This document shows, in pieces, positions 11,162-19,538 of a stretch of 64,000 nt of DNA. Each line of letters starts with the position of its first letter. Within the stretch, counting starts at the first letter, position 1. Both the position numbers and the translations under genes were made by a program. Origin of the DNA: a bacterium (GTDB lineage Bacteria; Zhuqueibacterota; Zhuqueibacteria; Residuimicrobiales; Krinioviventaceae); assembly GCA_963674595.2 (NCBI GenBank), contig CAXXFV010000016.1:736001-800000 (forward strand), in the 5' to 3' direction. Below the pieces are notes generated by a model, which saw only the letters and a program-made list of their open reading frames with translations, had not been told where the DNA came from and made no database searches.

Positions 11162-12362
11162 AGTTATATTCTTGCTTCCATGTATATTTCCACCCAATTT
11201 TGGGTATATCTGATATTTTTATGAATTGTCCATTTGATATAGCTCTATATTCAATTGTATGACCTGATAAATTCAAATCAATTTTTTTGATATTTATAAA
11301 TACTTTTTTAGCGTTTTTATTATTGTATTCTTCCTCCCAATATGCTTCTTCAAATAATGGTCTCCATTTGTCTATGGTATTTTTATCTAGTTGTTCTATA
11401 TCTTTTTGAGATATTTCTCCGTTTTGTTTTAACTCAATTAAATTATTTACAGCCAAATTTCTATTATAGTCATACTCATAAATTTCTTCATCTGTATATC
11501 CAATATCATTTAATTGTTTGGCAAAAATTCTATTTTTAATTCTAACATCTTTTGTATAGTTATCTAGCTTATCAAAAAATGGTAGTCGATCACTATTTGC
11601 ATTTTGAAAGATTTTTATTGTTTTAAAATAGAAATCATCTCCACTATATTTTACTGACTCCTTATTTGCTACTTTATTATAAAAATCGATTTTAAGTTCT
11701 CCTATGAGCTCTTTTAATGTGTTATCAATTCGATTTTCTTTGATAGACTTTCTGAATTTGAGTGCTTCTTTTATTTCGCCGCTAATATCATCGAGGTCCA
11801 ATTGAAAAGAAATGTTCTTAAAAAATATTTCTAGTAGATTATCATTTAACAACAATACGTTTTTTAGATAATCTATTTTTTTGTCTTGTTTTTCCGTTTT
11901 GTCTGTTTTTTTCTTTTCTTGATGAACCTTTTCCAATTCATCTAAATAATTAGTTAAAAATGTTTTTAAATCAGCAAAATGGCCCTTTATTTTGAAGTTT
12001 TTAAAAGAATTTAAAAAACTATTGTTTTCATTGTCTGACTTATTTGAAATAAATATAAATTTAGTATTTTGAAGATATTTTGACTTATCATTTTCTCTTT
12101 GTATTTTATCTATCCATAATGATAATGTTTTCCATAAATCCTTATCTGATGTGCTAAGATTAATTGGTTTGTTATCTTTGTTTGTTTGAATTGTATGTTT
12201 GAGTTGGTATAAAATTAATTTTTCACCGTTTTCTGTATGAACATCTTCATTTACTTCGAAACCAGCAATTTCATTTTTTTCTAATTTTAATAATTTTAAT
12301 AGGAAATATAGAAATTGATATTCATATCCTAAAAGTTTATCATCTGCCTTGGTGTCAGTCAT
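11151..12362 (-). CDS. lmuA: Lamassu LmuA effector: Cap4/DUF4297-like PD-(D/E)xK nuclease plus ABC-3C C-terminal domain
   Basis: N-terminal A...GYEYQ, EVNEDV, LYQLKH and DLWKTL..W. The C-terminus ends SNGQF..ISD.PKIGW..W. It is the first gene of a three-gene operon with a middle component and an SMC-like ATPase. Confidence 0.8.
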   Translation of the reverse strand: MTDTKADDKLLGYEYQFLYFLLKLLKLEKNEIAGFEVNEDVHTENGEKLILYQLKHTIQTNKDNKPINLSTSDKDLWKTLSLWIDKIQRENDKSKYLQNTKFIFISNKSDNENNSFLNSFKNFKIKGHFADLKTFLTNYLDELEKVHQEKKKTDKTEKQDKKIDYLKNVLLLNDNLLEIFFKNISFQLDLDDISGEIKEALKFRKSIKENRIDNTLKELIGELKIDFYNKVANKESVKYSGDDFYFKTIKIFQNANSDRLPFFDKLDNYTKDVRIKNRIFAKQLNDIGYTDEEIYEYDYNRNLAVNNLIELKQNGEISQKDIEQLDKNTIDKWRPLFEEAYWEEEYNNKNAKKVFINIKKIDLNLSGHTIEYRAISNGQFIKISDIPKIGWKYTWKQEYNYED

Positions 12363-12641
12363 CTACAAACCTTTTCGAAAAATTATATTTGGTAATTTAA
12401 GATAATCAGATTGATAATTAAATTTTTCATTAAATATTATTCTGAGTTACTATAACATAGTTTTAGGAATGAACTTTGATCCAATATTTTAATCAATTCT
12501 ATTCGTTTTGAAATTATATCATAAGGATTTATATAATATTCACATTTTGGAACAAGATAACAGGTATGCATATTTTCCCCCAAACCCAATAATTTTGTCA
12601 GCGGGTCAACAGGAATATGATTTTAATTCCGACGCAATCTT

Positions 12642-12785
12642 TCCTCGTATGTGCTGTGAGACCCGTTTTTATGATGGAGACCAGTAAAGGACTTTTCAGG
12701 AACGCCCGTGATTTTCCAATTGTCCTGAAAAAAGTGTCCTTGTACCAACAAAAGAATTGTACAAATTATTTAAAAACAACGCAAG
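12642..12785 (-). repeat. Repeat family L, copy 1: sigma70-like promoter plus structured leader
   Basis: Minus-strand TTGCGT (12779-12784)-N17-TACAAT (12756-12761). 12758-12785 is identical to 17277-17304. Stem ttttcagga/tcctgaaaa is extended by aaggac/gtcctt. Confidence 0.85.
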
Positions 12786-12834
12786 AGGTTTTTGCAAGAA
12801 TTGTTAAAATCCGCCCGCTTGTTTCGATCCGGGC

Positions 12835-12902
12835 GTGCGAAAATAGATATTTGTGTTATTGCTGATTCTATAAAATTATTTTTAGGGTAGAGAACCCTGT
12901 CC
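12835..12902. repeat. Inter-cassette repeat family R, copy E (partial core plus tail)
   Basis: gtgcgaaaatagatatttgtgttattgctg followed by the tail aaaattatttttagggtagagaaccctgtcc. The TTGCAT-bearing half is replaced by a GC hairpin cgcccg/cgggcg (12812-12835). Confidence 0.8.
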
Positions 12903-12905
12903 ATT

Positions 12906-12931
12906 TCTCCCCGGGAAAAATCCCAGGGAGA
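12906..12931 (-). terminator. Probable terminator hairpin downstream of the SSS transporter
   Basis: GC-rich stem-loop tctccccgggaaaaatcccagggaga about 80 bp past the stop codon. Confidence 0.45.
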
Positions 12932-13009
12932 GCAATTTATTATCCTTGTCATCGCCGATAAACCCGGTTCTCAAAAAAGCAGACAGGTATATAACATATA
13001 TCTAAAACT

Positions 13010-14680
13010 CTAATTCAAAATTGAATATTTAATAAACATAAATAAATACACAAAAAGAAAAACACTTAACAAAATTATAGTCCATAAACCCAGACTTTTG
13101 TAAAAAGGGATGCTCTCCCGCTCATTTGCCGGTAAACGAGAGTATTTGCGGTTCCATATAATTCCGCCACCAGTTTTTTCCGGTTTAGGTGGTGACGTTA
13201 AATAACTTGCCACAATCATATACAGCAAACTTGCTGCCCAGCTTATAAATGCGCGATTTAAAAAACTGTTCAGCCAGAGAATGATATTATAATATGAAGC
13301 ATCCGTATAACCGCGCAAAACATAACATATAATCTTGAGCAATACACTAAACACAATCCCAAAAATAAGCGTCCCCGTGGCTGCATTGGCTGTTGCCCGT
13401 TTCCACAGAATACCGACTGTAAAAATAACAATAATGGGAGCAGCGATATAGGAACTCATATCCTGGATATAAATAAAAAGACCACGGCCGAATTTTACGA
13501 TATTCGGCGCCCAAATCGTTGCGAGTATAATAAAAGTCGTTGTTGTCCACCGTCCGAATTTGACCAGATCGTTTTCATCGGCATTTTTGTTGATAAATCT
13601 TTTATAGATATCTAATGAAAACATGGTAGACGATGAGTTAAGTACGCTCGAAATCGTGGACATAACAGCAGATGCCATGGCCGCTAATAATAGTCCCTGC
13701 AATCCGACCGGAAATAAATCTTTAATCAACGTCAGATAAACGCTATCTCGTTCAAGACCGCCACCGTATATTGCAAAAGCTAAAATTCCGGGGATTACTA
13801 CAAAAAACGGAAGCGCGATTTTTATAAATCCCGCAAAGATTACTCCCATCCGGGCATCCCATTCGCTTCTGGCTGCCAGGCATCTCTGGACGTAATATTG
13901 CTTGGTAGCAACCGCCCAGAGACACACCGTAAACCAAAAAGAGAAAATCCCTGTCCACGGTGCAAAATCGTGTGTTGCCGGCTGCAAGAGACTCATCCGC
14001 TCCGGTGAAGCAGCAATATTCGCATTAATTGCTGTTAAAAGTCCGCCGGCTTTATCTCTTGCGAGAAATAAGATCATACCCGCTCCGATAAACATCACAA
14101 TTACCTGGATCACGTCGGTCCAAATTACTGAAAGCAAACCACCATATATACAGTATGCGCCGGTAGAAACAGCAATTATTATTATACCGGTAACAAGACC
14201 ATATTCAGGGTGTGTATTGAATAACTCTATATTTTGAAGAAATAAATCATTTATGATTTTTCCGCCCGCGTATAATGCACCAGCCAGTACAACGAAAACA
14301 CCCTGCGTGATTAACATAGAAGATAAAATTATCCGTGTACGGTGGTCAAAACGGCGTTCCAAAAATTCCGGTATTGTGTAGAGTTTTGACCGGTAATAAT
14401 AAGGCAGGAACAACCATACCAGGATGACGAATGAAACGACTGTCAGCCATTCCCAGTTTGCCGGTAAAATACCGTAAAAGTAGGCGGCCCCAACCATACC
14501 GATAAAATGTTCAGTGGAAATATTGGAGCCGATATATGATAATCCTACCGCATACCACGGTACATCACGACCCGCCAGGAAATATTGTTCAATTGTATTC
14601 TTTTTATTTCTGGCAACAAGGATACCAACCAGAACAATAATGAAAAAGTATAGAAAGAAAACACTCAGGCTAATAGTCAT
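13010..14680 (-). CDS. Sodium:solute symporter (SSS/SGLT-like)
   Basis: Motifs YFLAGR, SNISTEHFIG..G, TIPEFLERRF, YGGLLSVIWTDVIQ, QRCLAARS and MSTISSVLNS, with about 14 TM helices. Confidence 0.95.
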   Translation of the reverse strand: MTISLSVFFLYFFIIVLVGILVARNKKNTIEQYFLAGRDVPWYAVGLSYIGSNISTEHFIGMVGAAYFYGILPANWEWLTVVSFVILVWLFLPYYYRSKLYTIPEFLERRFDHRTRIILSSMLITQGVFVVLAGALYAGGKIINDLFLQNIELFNTHPEYGLVTGIIIIAVSTGAYCIYGGLLSVIWTDVIQVIVMFIGAGMILFLARDKAGGLLTAINANIAASPERMSLLQPATHDFAPWTGIFSFWFTVCLWAVATKQYYVQRCLAARSEWDARMGVIFAGFIKIALPFFVVIPGILAFAIYGGGLERDSVYLTLIKDLFPVGLQGLLLAAMASAVMSTISSVLNSSSTMFSLDIYKRFINKNADENDLVKFGRWTTTTFIILATIWAPNIVKFGRGLFIYIQDMSSYIAAPIIVIFTVGILWKRATANAATGTLIFGIVFSVLLKIICYVLRGYTDASYYNIILWLNSFLNRAFISWAASLLYMIVASYLTSPPKPEKTGGGIIWNRKYSRLPANERESIPFYKSLGLWTIILLSVFLFVYLFMFIKYSILN

Positions 14681-14729
14681 CTTGCAAATTCCTCATTATG
14701 CTAATTCACGCCGGTAAATTAATTTAATT

Positions 14730-15152
14730 CTATGAATTACTTTTTCCTTTTAAGGCCTGGTCTTTCAGATCAGGGAACCGATCGAACACCCATCCCGCCG
14801 GAGAGATAATCCACAGTGCTTCAAGCGGAGTTTTGTTTGGATTTTTTATAGAGTGATAGGTCCCGATGGGAAAAAATACCGCATCTTTTGGTGAGATGGG
14901 TATTTCTTTATGATCTTCATCTGCAATGACAATACCTTTTCCGTTAAGACAGAAAAATATTTCCTCCTGATCATCATGGTAGTGACCCGGTTCGGCTGTT
15001 CCGCCTGGTTCAATGACAACCATGCCAAACGTCAGGTGTTTTGATCCGACAGTCGTGGGATCAACCATTTTGAAATTTACACGTTGTGAAAGAACAATGG
15101 GTTCACAATCATTTGGATTAACTTTTATCGCTTTGTTTTTTCCTCGTTCCAT
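14730..15152 (-). CDS. Cupin domain protein
   Basis: Metal-binding cupin motifs GHYHDDQEEIF...G and P.GTYH..KN. Confidence 0.88.
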   Translation of the reverse strand: MERGKNKAIKVNPNDCEPIVLSQRVNFKMVDPTTVGSKHLTFGMVVIEPGGTAEPGHYHDDQEEIFFCLNGKGIVIADEDHKEIPISPKDAVFFPIGTYHSIKNPNKTPLEALWIISPAGWVFDRFPDLKDQALKGKSNS

Positions 15153-15213
15153 CTAGTACTCCTGTATTTGATAACCTGCCTGATATTTTCATTACATTTA
15201 GTTGTCGAATTTT

Positions 15214-15639
15214 TTAAAAGTCTGTGTTGTTTATTTCCGGGAATTCAACAAAACCTTCTCTGAAATTTTTATCTCCATAAAAGGTCAGCATGAGCAACGG
15301 AGTATCACCGACATTTTTTACCATATGTTTGCATCCTTCAGGGACGAGAATTGCTTCTCCTGCATTTACAGCATAGGTTTTGCCGTCACCCCACAGCTTT
15401 GCAGATCCTTTGAGGATGTACATGACTTCTTCCATATTTTCGTGCATATGGGCAGGTGTTGTGCATGCTCCAACATCAATTTCTACATCAATGATGGTAA
15501 GATCGTTCGAATTGTTTGTTTGTCCTGAAAATAAAATTCGGGCTACTCGTCCCGGTAATTCTAAAAGCTCTGCTGTATTTCGTGATTCTACTTGTGGCAA
15601 CCGCTGAGAATTATTTTCTTTTATGTTATTGCTATTCAT
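15214..15639 (-). CDS. Cupin domain protein
   Basis: Motifs AHMHENMEEVMYILKG and VPEGCKHMVKN. Confidence 0.88.
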   Translation of the reverse strand: MNSNNIKENNSQRLPQVESRNTAELLELPGRVARILFSGQTNNSNDLTIIDVEIDVGACTTPAHMHENMEEVMYILKGSAKLWGDGKTYAVNAGEAILVPEGCKHMVKNVGDTPLLMLTFYGDKNFREGFVEFPEINNTDF

Positions 15640-15641
15640 TG

Positions 15642-16526
15642 TTATAATGTCTCCTTTAACTTTTCGAACTTTAATTGCAGACTTCTTAACTCATCGAATC
15701 CGATTAGTCTGTTAAAATCCTGGAACGAAATCATTTTATCAAACAGTGCTTTTGTGGTCCCTTTTTCCTTTAATTCCTGTAGCGCCATTTGAGCTGCAAA
15801 TGTAGCTGCGTACATTGCCGAATTGCAATAATATACAACATCAAATCCTATCTCTTCCAGCTCCGTAATCGATAGAAAGGGGTATCCTGAACCTTCAACC
15901 ATCACGGCAAGTGTCGGACCTTCTACTTCCTTTACCACACGATCCATGGACTCTCTATCATGAATATCTTCAATAAAAAGCAAGTCTGCCCCATGTTCGT
16001 AATATAAATTTGCACGGTCGATTGCATCGGAGAGGTCTTCTGCATCAGTCCGGGCAATAATTAACAGATCCGTTGTGCGGGCATCTGTTACCGCTTTTAA
16101 CCGCATAACCATGTCTTTTGGTTTTACGACTTCACGTCCGGCTGTTAGTCCTGCCCGTTTTGGGAAAAACTGATCTTCGATTTGAATTCCCGATGCTCCG
16201 GCCAATTCCATCCCTTTGATCACTCTGCGAATATTCAAGAGCGCCCCGCCGCCGGTATCAATATCGGCAACAATAGGTATATCCACCACGGCCCGCATTC
16301 GACGAACAGTATCAAGCATTTCGGTCGGAGTAATCATCTCCATATCAGGTAATCCCAGTTGGGTAGCGGATACCGCATATCCCCCGGCTAAAATAGCAGG
16401 AAAACCACAATCTGCCGCAATACGGGCAGTTAACGGATCGTATACTCCGGGAATGACGAGTATGGATGGATCTTTTACCAGTTCTACCAGGCTTTTTTTA
16501 CTTCCGGATTTTTGTTTTGGTGACAT
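15642..16526 (-). CDS. Isocitrate lyase/PEP mutase superfamily enzyme with an atypical active-site loop
   Basis: Motifs PGVYD, GLPD, PIVADIDTG, GIQIEDQ, IIARTDA and GAD.LFIE. The loop reads PKRAGL instead of PKRCGH. Confidence 0.9.
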   Translation of the reverse strand: MSPKQKSGSKKSLVELVKDPSILVIPGVYDPLTARIAADCGFPAILAGGYAVSATQLGLPDMEMITPTEMLDTVRRMRAVVDIPIVADIDTGGGALLNIRRVIKGMELAGASGIQIEDQFFPKRAGLTAGREVVKPKDMVMRLKAVTDARTTDLLIIARTDAEDLSDAIDRANLYYEHGADLLFIEDIHDRESMDRVVKEVEGPTLAVMVEGSGYPFLSITELEEIGFDVVYYCNSAMYAATFAAQMALQELKEKGTTKALFDKMISFQDFNRLIGFDELRSLQLKFEKLKETL

Positions 16527-16659
16527 AATTCTAACTATCCTTTAATTATCATGTTAAATTTTTCCAGTTTATTATTAAACTATTGAAATTAAATCTCTTT
16601 GAATCAGATAGCAAATTGAGTCAGATATTGCCGGACGATTTTTTTGCAGCTTTGTTTGA

Positions 16660-17070
16660 TTAAAAAAAAGTCATGTTTATAAATCGCCCATTTTCTTTAA
16701 AATGTTTATTGTTCAATTTAATTATGTTTTTGATATATTTGGGTATTTTAGGGAGAGGGTTGGTATGGCGTGGTAAATCCCGCCGAATCTGTGTGTGCGG
16801 GTGAAATTTTAACGGCGACAAATGGTCTGTCTCATTTTCAATTATTTTCGCCTCTTTGCCCCGATTTTTTTCTGCGCAATAGGGTAGAATAAAAGCAAAT
16901 TCAACCTGCGCCAAGGTTTCGGATTTGTGACCCCTGTTATTTTTGTAACCTAAAATATTTCCATCGGTTAACGAAACTCTTGTGTTAAAACCGTATTCAA
17001 ACTTTTGAATGATACTTTTTACCAGTTTTTTCAGATCAATAAGCGTATCCCGGATGCGAATACTTTTCAT
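16660..17070 (-). CDS. Hypothetical protein
   Basis: 136 aa ATG-initiated ORF directly behind leader L copy 2. No recognisable domain; it may be a remnant. Confidence 0.4.
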   Translation of the reverse strand: MKSIRIRDTLIDLKKLVKSIIQKFEYGFNTRVSLTDGNILGYKNNRGHKSETLAQVEFAFILPYCAEKNRGKEAKIIENETDHLSPLKFHPHTQIRRDLPRHTNPLPKIPKYIKNIIKLNNKHFKENGRFINMTFF

Positions 17071-17164
17071 GTTAAAAATTCTTCTTTCTCGATTTCAGTT
17101 CGGTTTTTACCTGTTACCTGCAAAAATTTTTTAAGTGAAACTATATGAAAATAATTTTCAACTG

Positions 17165-17304
17165 TCCTTGTATGTGCTGCTAAAAACCGTGTTTAAAATA
17201 GAGACCAGTAAAGGGCCTTTCAGGAACGTCGTGGTTACCTGATTTTCCTGAAAATTTTTTAACCGATAAAAACAAGTGTACAAATTATTTAAAAACAACG
17301 CAAG
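17165..17304 (-). repeat. Repeat family L, copy 2: promoter plus structured leader
   Basis: TTGCGT (17298-17303)-N17-TACACT (17275-17280). It shares blocks gtatgtgctg, gagaccagtaaagg and tttcaggaacg with copy 1, and has stem tttcaggaa/ttcctgaaa. Confidence 0.85.
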
Positions 17305-17451
17305 GGATTTATGAAAAATTTATATATATAGAATTTCAATAATTATTCATCAAAATAGAACCGAATTAGCTTTTGTTTGCATTAATGTCAAGACTGTTTT
17401 ATATTTCAGAAGAATATAAAACACTAAAACAGATGAAACGGAGATAATAAT

Positions 17452-19503
17452 ATGAGATGTTCCTGGTTTCGGGACCATTACCGTCAGGTACACATGGATT
17501 TTCACATGCCTGAATTTCCCGGCGACGCCATAAAAAATTTTAACGCCAAAAAATTTGTCGATGAACTGGAATACGGCAAGGTCAACATGGTAGCCTTGTT
17601 TGCCAAATGTCATTTCGGTAATTCCTTTTATAATACACAAATCGGCCATAAACACAGCGGCCTTTTACAGGATTTTTTAATGGAAACCAGCACCGAGTGC
17701 CGCAAACGGGGCATTCGCACGCTGGGTTATTATTCCTTGTGCGTGGACAAACGGGCCTATGATGAAAATCCTGATTGGCGCTATGTGGACGATGAGGGCA
17801 AGGCCCATAGCGGTACGTTTGGTTCGGTTTGTATGAACACCCCTTACAAAGACGAACTGGCCATGCCCCAGCTTGAAGAGATCATCCGCAACTATCCGGT
17901 TGACGGTATTTTTATCGATATCCCTTTTCCCTGGGGCGCCGTGGATTATTTTTGTATGTGCAAGTTTTGCCAAAAACGCTGGAAAACCGAACTGAATCTG
18001 GAAATTTCCCCGTCTCTGTCCACGGTTGAACGGCAGCGATTGAACATGCGAATTGTTGAAAGCTGGCTGCTGGAAATACGCAACATTATTGACCGGGTTA
18101 ATCCGGAGATGGTGCTGTGTGTGAACCTTGTGGGCAGTGCGGCTGTAAATAAACGCATTAAAGAATTGTGTGAAATCGGTGTGTGCGAAAGTCAGCCGCA
18201 TCCCGGAGATTATTTGGGACACAGTTTCTCAAGCCGTTTGGGCCGTAATGATATTATGGATATGCAGGTTATGACCGTGCGTTTTTACGAAGGGTGGGGC
18301 GACATGTCCCTGAAACCGGAAGCCCAGTTGACCACGGAACTGGCCGCCATTATCGGCAACGGCATGGTGCCGAATGTCGGTGACCAGGTAAATATAGACG
18401 GCACGCTTCAGCATCCGGTGTATGAAACATTTAAAAATTCTTTTGATTTTGTTGAGCAGCGGGAAAAAATCCTCAAAGATGCGGAACCTGTTCGTCATAC
18501 CAGTGTTTTACTGCCGGTTCCTGACCCGGAACTGCCGTTTATCGCCGGGCCGGGATCACTCGATAAAAATTTAAACTGGAAAGAAATTGCGCCGCAATGG
18601 CGCGGTGTGCATAAAATGCTGGTGGAAAGTCATATTCAAACGGATTTGTTATACAGCGTTTTGGAAGATGATTTGTCAAAATATCCCATGCTTATCCTGC
18701 CCGAACCCGGAACCTACCAACCCGGCATGTTTCAGGCATTACGGGAGTATGTGGCGCAGGGCGGATTACTTTTAGCTGTGGGAAATTCAATTCTGGAAAA
18801 CGGCGTCTGTCCTTTGGAGGACGTGTTCGGCATCAACTACGTTGAACCGTTGACTTTTTCCATGGGGCATTTTAAACCGGCAAAAACCGTTAAAGGTGAC
18901 ACCCCGGATATTCCGTTGCAGGTGCGGGGACAGATTTTTAAGGTCATTGGAAACGGCGCTGAGGAACTGGCATCCTTGTATTACCCGGTCGGTGAAACCC
19001 AGCCGCCGGTCAAAGGGTTCCGGCACCCGTGTCCCCCTGCTTTATCGCAGCCCAGTCCTTTTCCTTTTACGACAATCAATAAATACGGCAAAGGGAGGGC
19101 CGTTTATGTGGCTGCCTCGATTTTTGAGGTTTACTGGCGGACCAATCATCACTGGCTGCGTCAGTTTATGGAAACATTGATTCGTTATGTTGATAAAAAT
19201 CAGCCCTGTCACATTCAGGCATCCGGCCGGATTGAGGCCAATTTGATGAAATCCGGGAAGGATTTGCTGCTTAACTTGATCCACTATAATCTTGGTCACC
19301 AGGGCGGACAGTCTGCCATTGCCGGTATTGAATATGTGGAGCCGGTTTACAATATTCCCTGTCAGGTAACATGCGAAAAGGTTTCGGGGGTTGTGCTGGA
19401 GCCGGAGGGAGAGTTGCTTGATTTTAGTTTTGAAAACGGAATATGTAGTTTTACAGTCCCCAAAACCGAGTATCTCAGTATTGTTCGGATAAAGACGAGT
19501 TAA
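17452..19503 (+). CDS. GHL6/GH151-like glycoside hydrolase (alpha-L-fucosidase-like) with a beta-galactosidase trimerisation domain
   Basis: Motifs RQVHMDFH, LFAKCHFG..FY.T..G..H and YPVDGIFID, with a C-terminal GATase-like domain (LREYVAQGG, YGKGRAVY). Confidence 0.78.
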   Translation: MRCSWFRDHYRQVHMDFHMPEFPGDAIKNFNAKKFVDELEYGKVNMVALFAKCHFGNSFYNTQIGHKHSGLLQDFLMETSTECRKRGIRTLGYYSLCVDKRAYDENPDWRYVDDEGKAHSGTFGSVCMNTPYKDELAMPQLEEIIRNYPVDGIFIDIPFPWGAVDYFCMCKFCQKRWKTELNLEISPSLSTVERQRLNMRIVESWLLEIRNIIDRVNPEMVLCVNLVGSAAVNKRIKELCEIGVCESQPHPGDYLGHSFSSRLGRNDIMDMQVMTVRFYEGWGDMSLKPEAQLTTELAAIIGNGMVPNVGDQVNIDGTLQHPVYETFKNSFDFVEQREKILKDAEPVRHTSVLLPVPDPELPFIAGPGSLDKNLNWKEIAPQWRGVHKMLVESHIQTDLLYSVLEDDLSKYPMLILPEPGTYQPGMFQALREYVAQGGLLLAVGNSILENGVCPLEDVFGINYVEPLTFSMGHFKPAKTVKGDTPDIPLQVRGQIFKVIGNGAEELASLYYPVGETQPPVKGFRHPCPPALSQPSPFPFTTINKYGKGRAVYVAASIFEVYWRTNHHWLRQFMETLIRYVDKNQPCHIQASGRIEANLMKSGKDLLLNLIHYNLGHQGGQSAIAGIEYVEPVYNIPCQVTCEKVSGVVLEPEGELLDFSFENGICSFTVPKTEYLSIVRIKTS

Positions 19504-19509
19504 AAACAA

Positions 19510-19536
19510 AAAAGGGAACCATTAAGGTTCCCTTTT
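19510..19536. terminator. Bidirectional rho-independent terminator
   Basis: aaaagggaacc-attaa-ggttccctttt between convergent genes. Confidence 0.85.
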
Positions 19537-19538
19537 AT

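Noticed and set aside
12642-12785. Leader L as a known riboswitch (cobalamin, TPP, SAM, glycine, c-di-GMP)
   Set aside because: The hallmark conserved motifs of these families were not found on either strand by eye. It is kept as an unknown element pending an Rfam search.
12581-12890. Possible MITE bounded by cccaataatttt ... aaaattatttttaggg
   Set aside because: The match is short and AT-rich, there is no target duplication, and no equivalent flanks L2.
12617-12952. ORFs 12617..12865 (+) and 12770..12952 (-)
   Set aside because: They overlie repeats L1 and E, have no recognisable motif, and the L2 copy has indels relative to L1 that do not preserve a frame.
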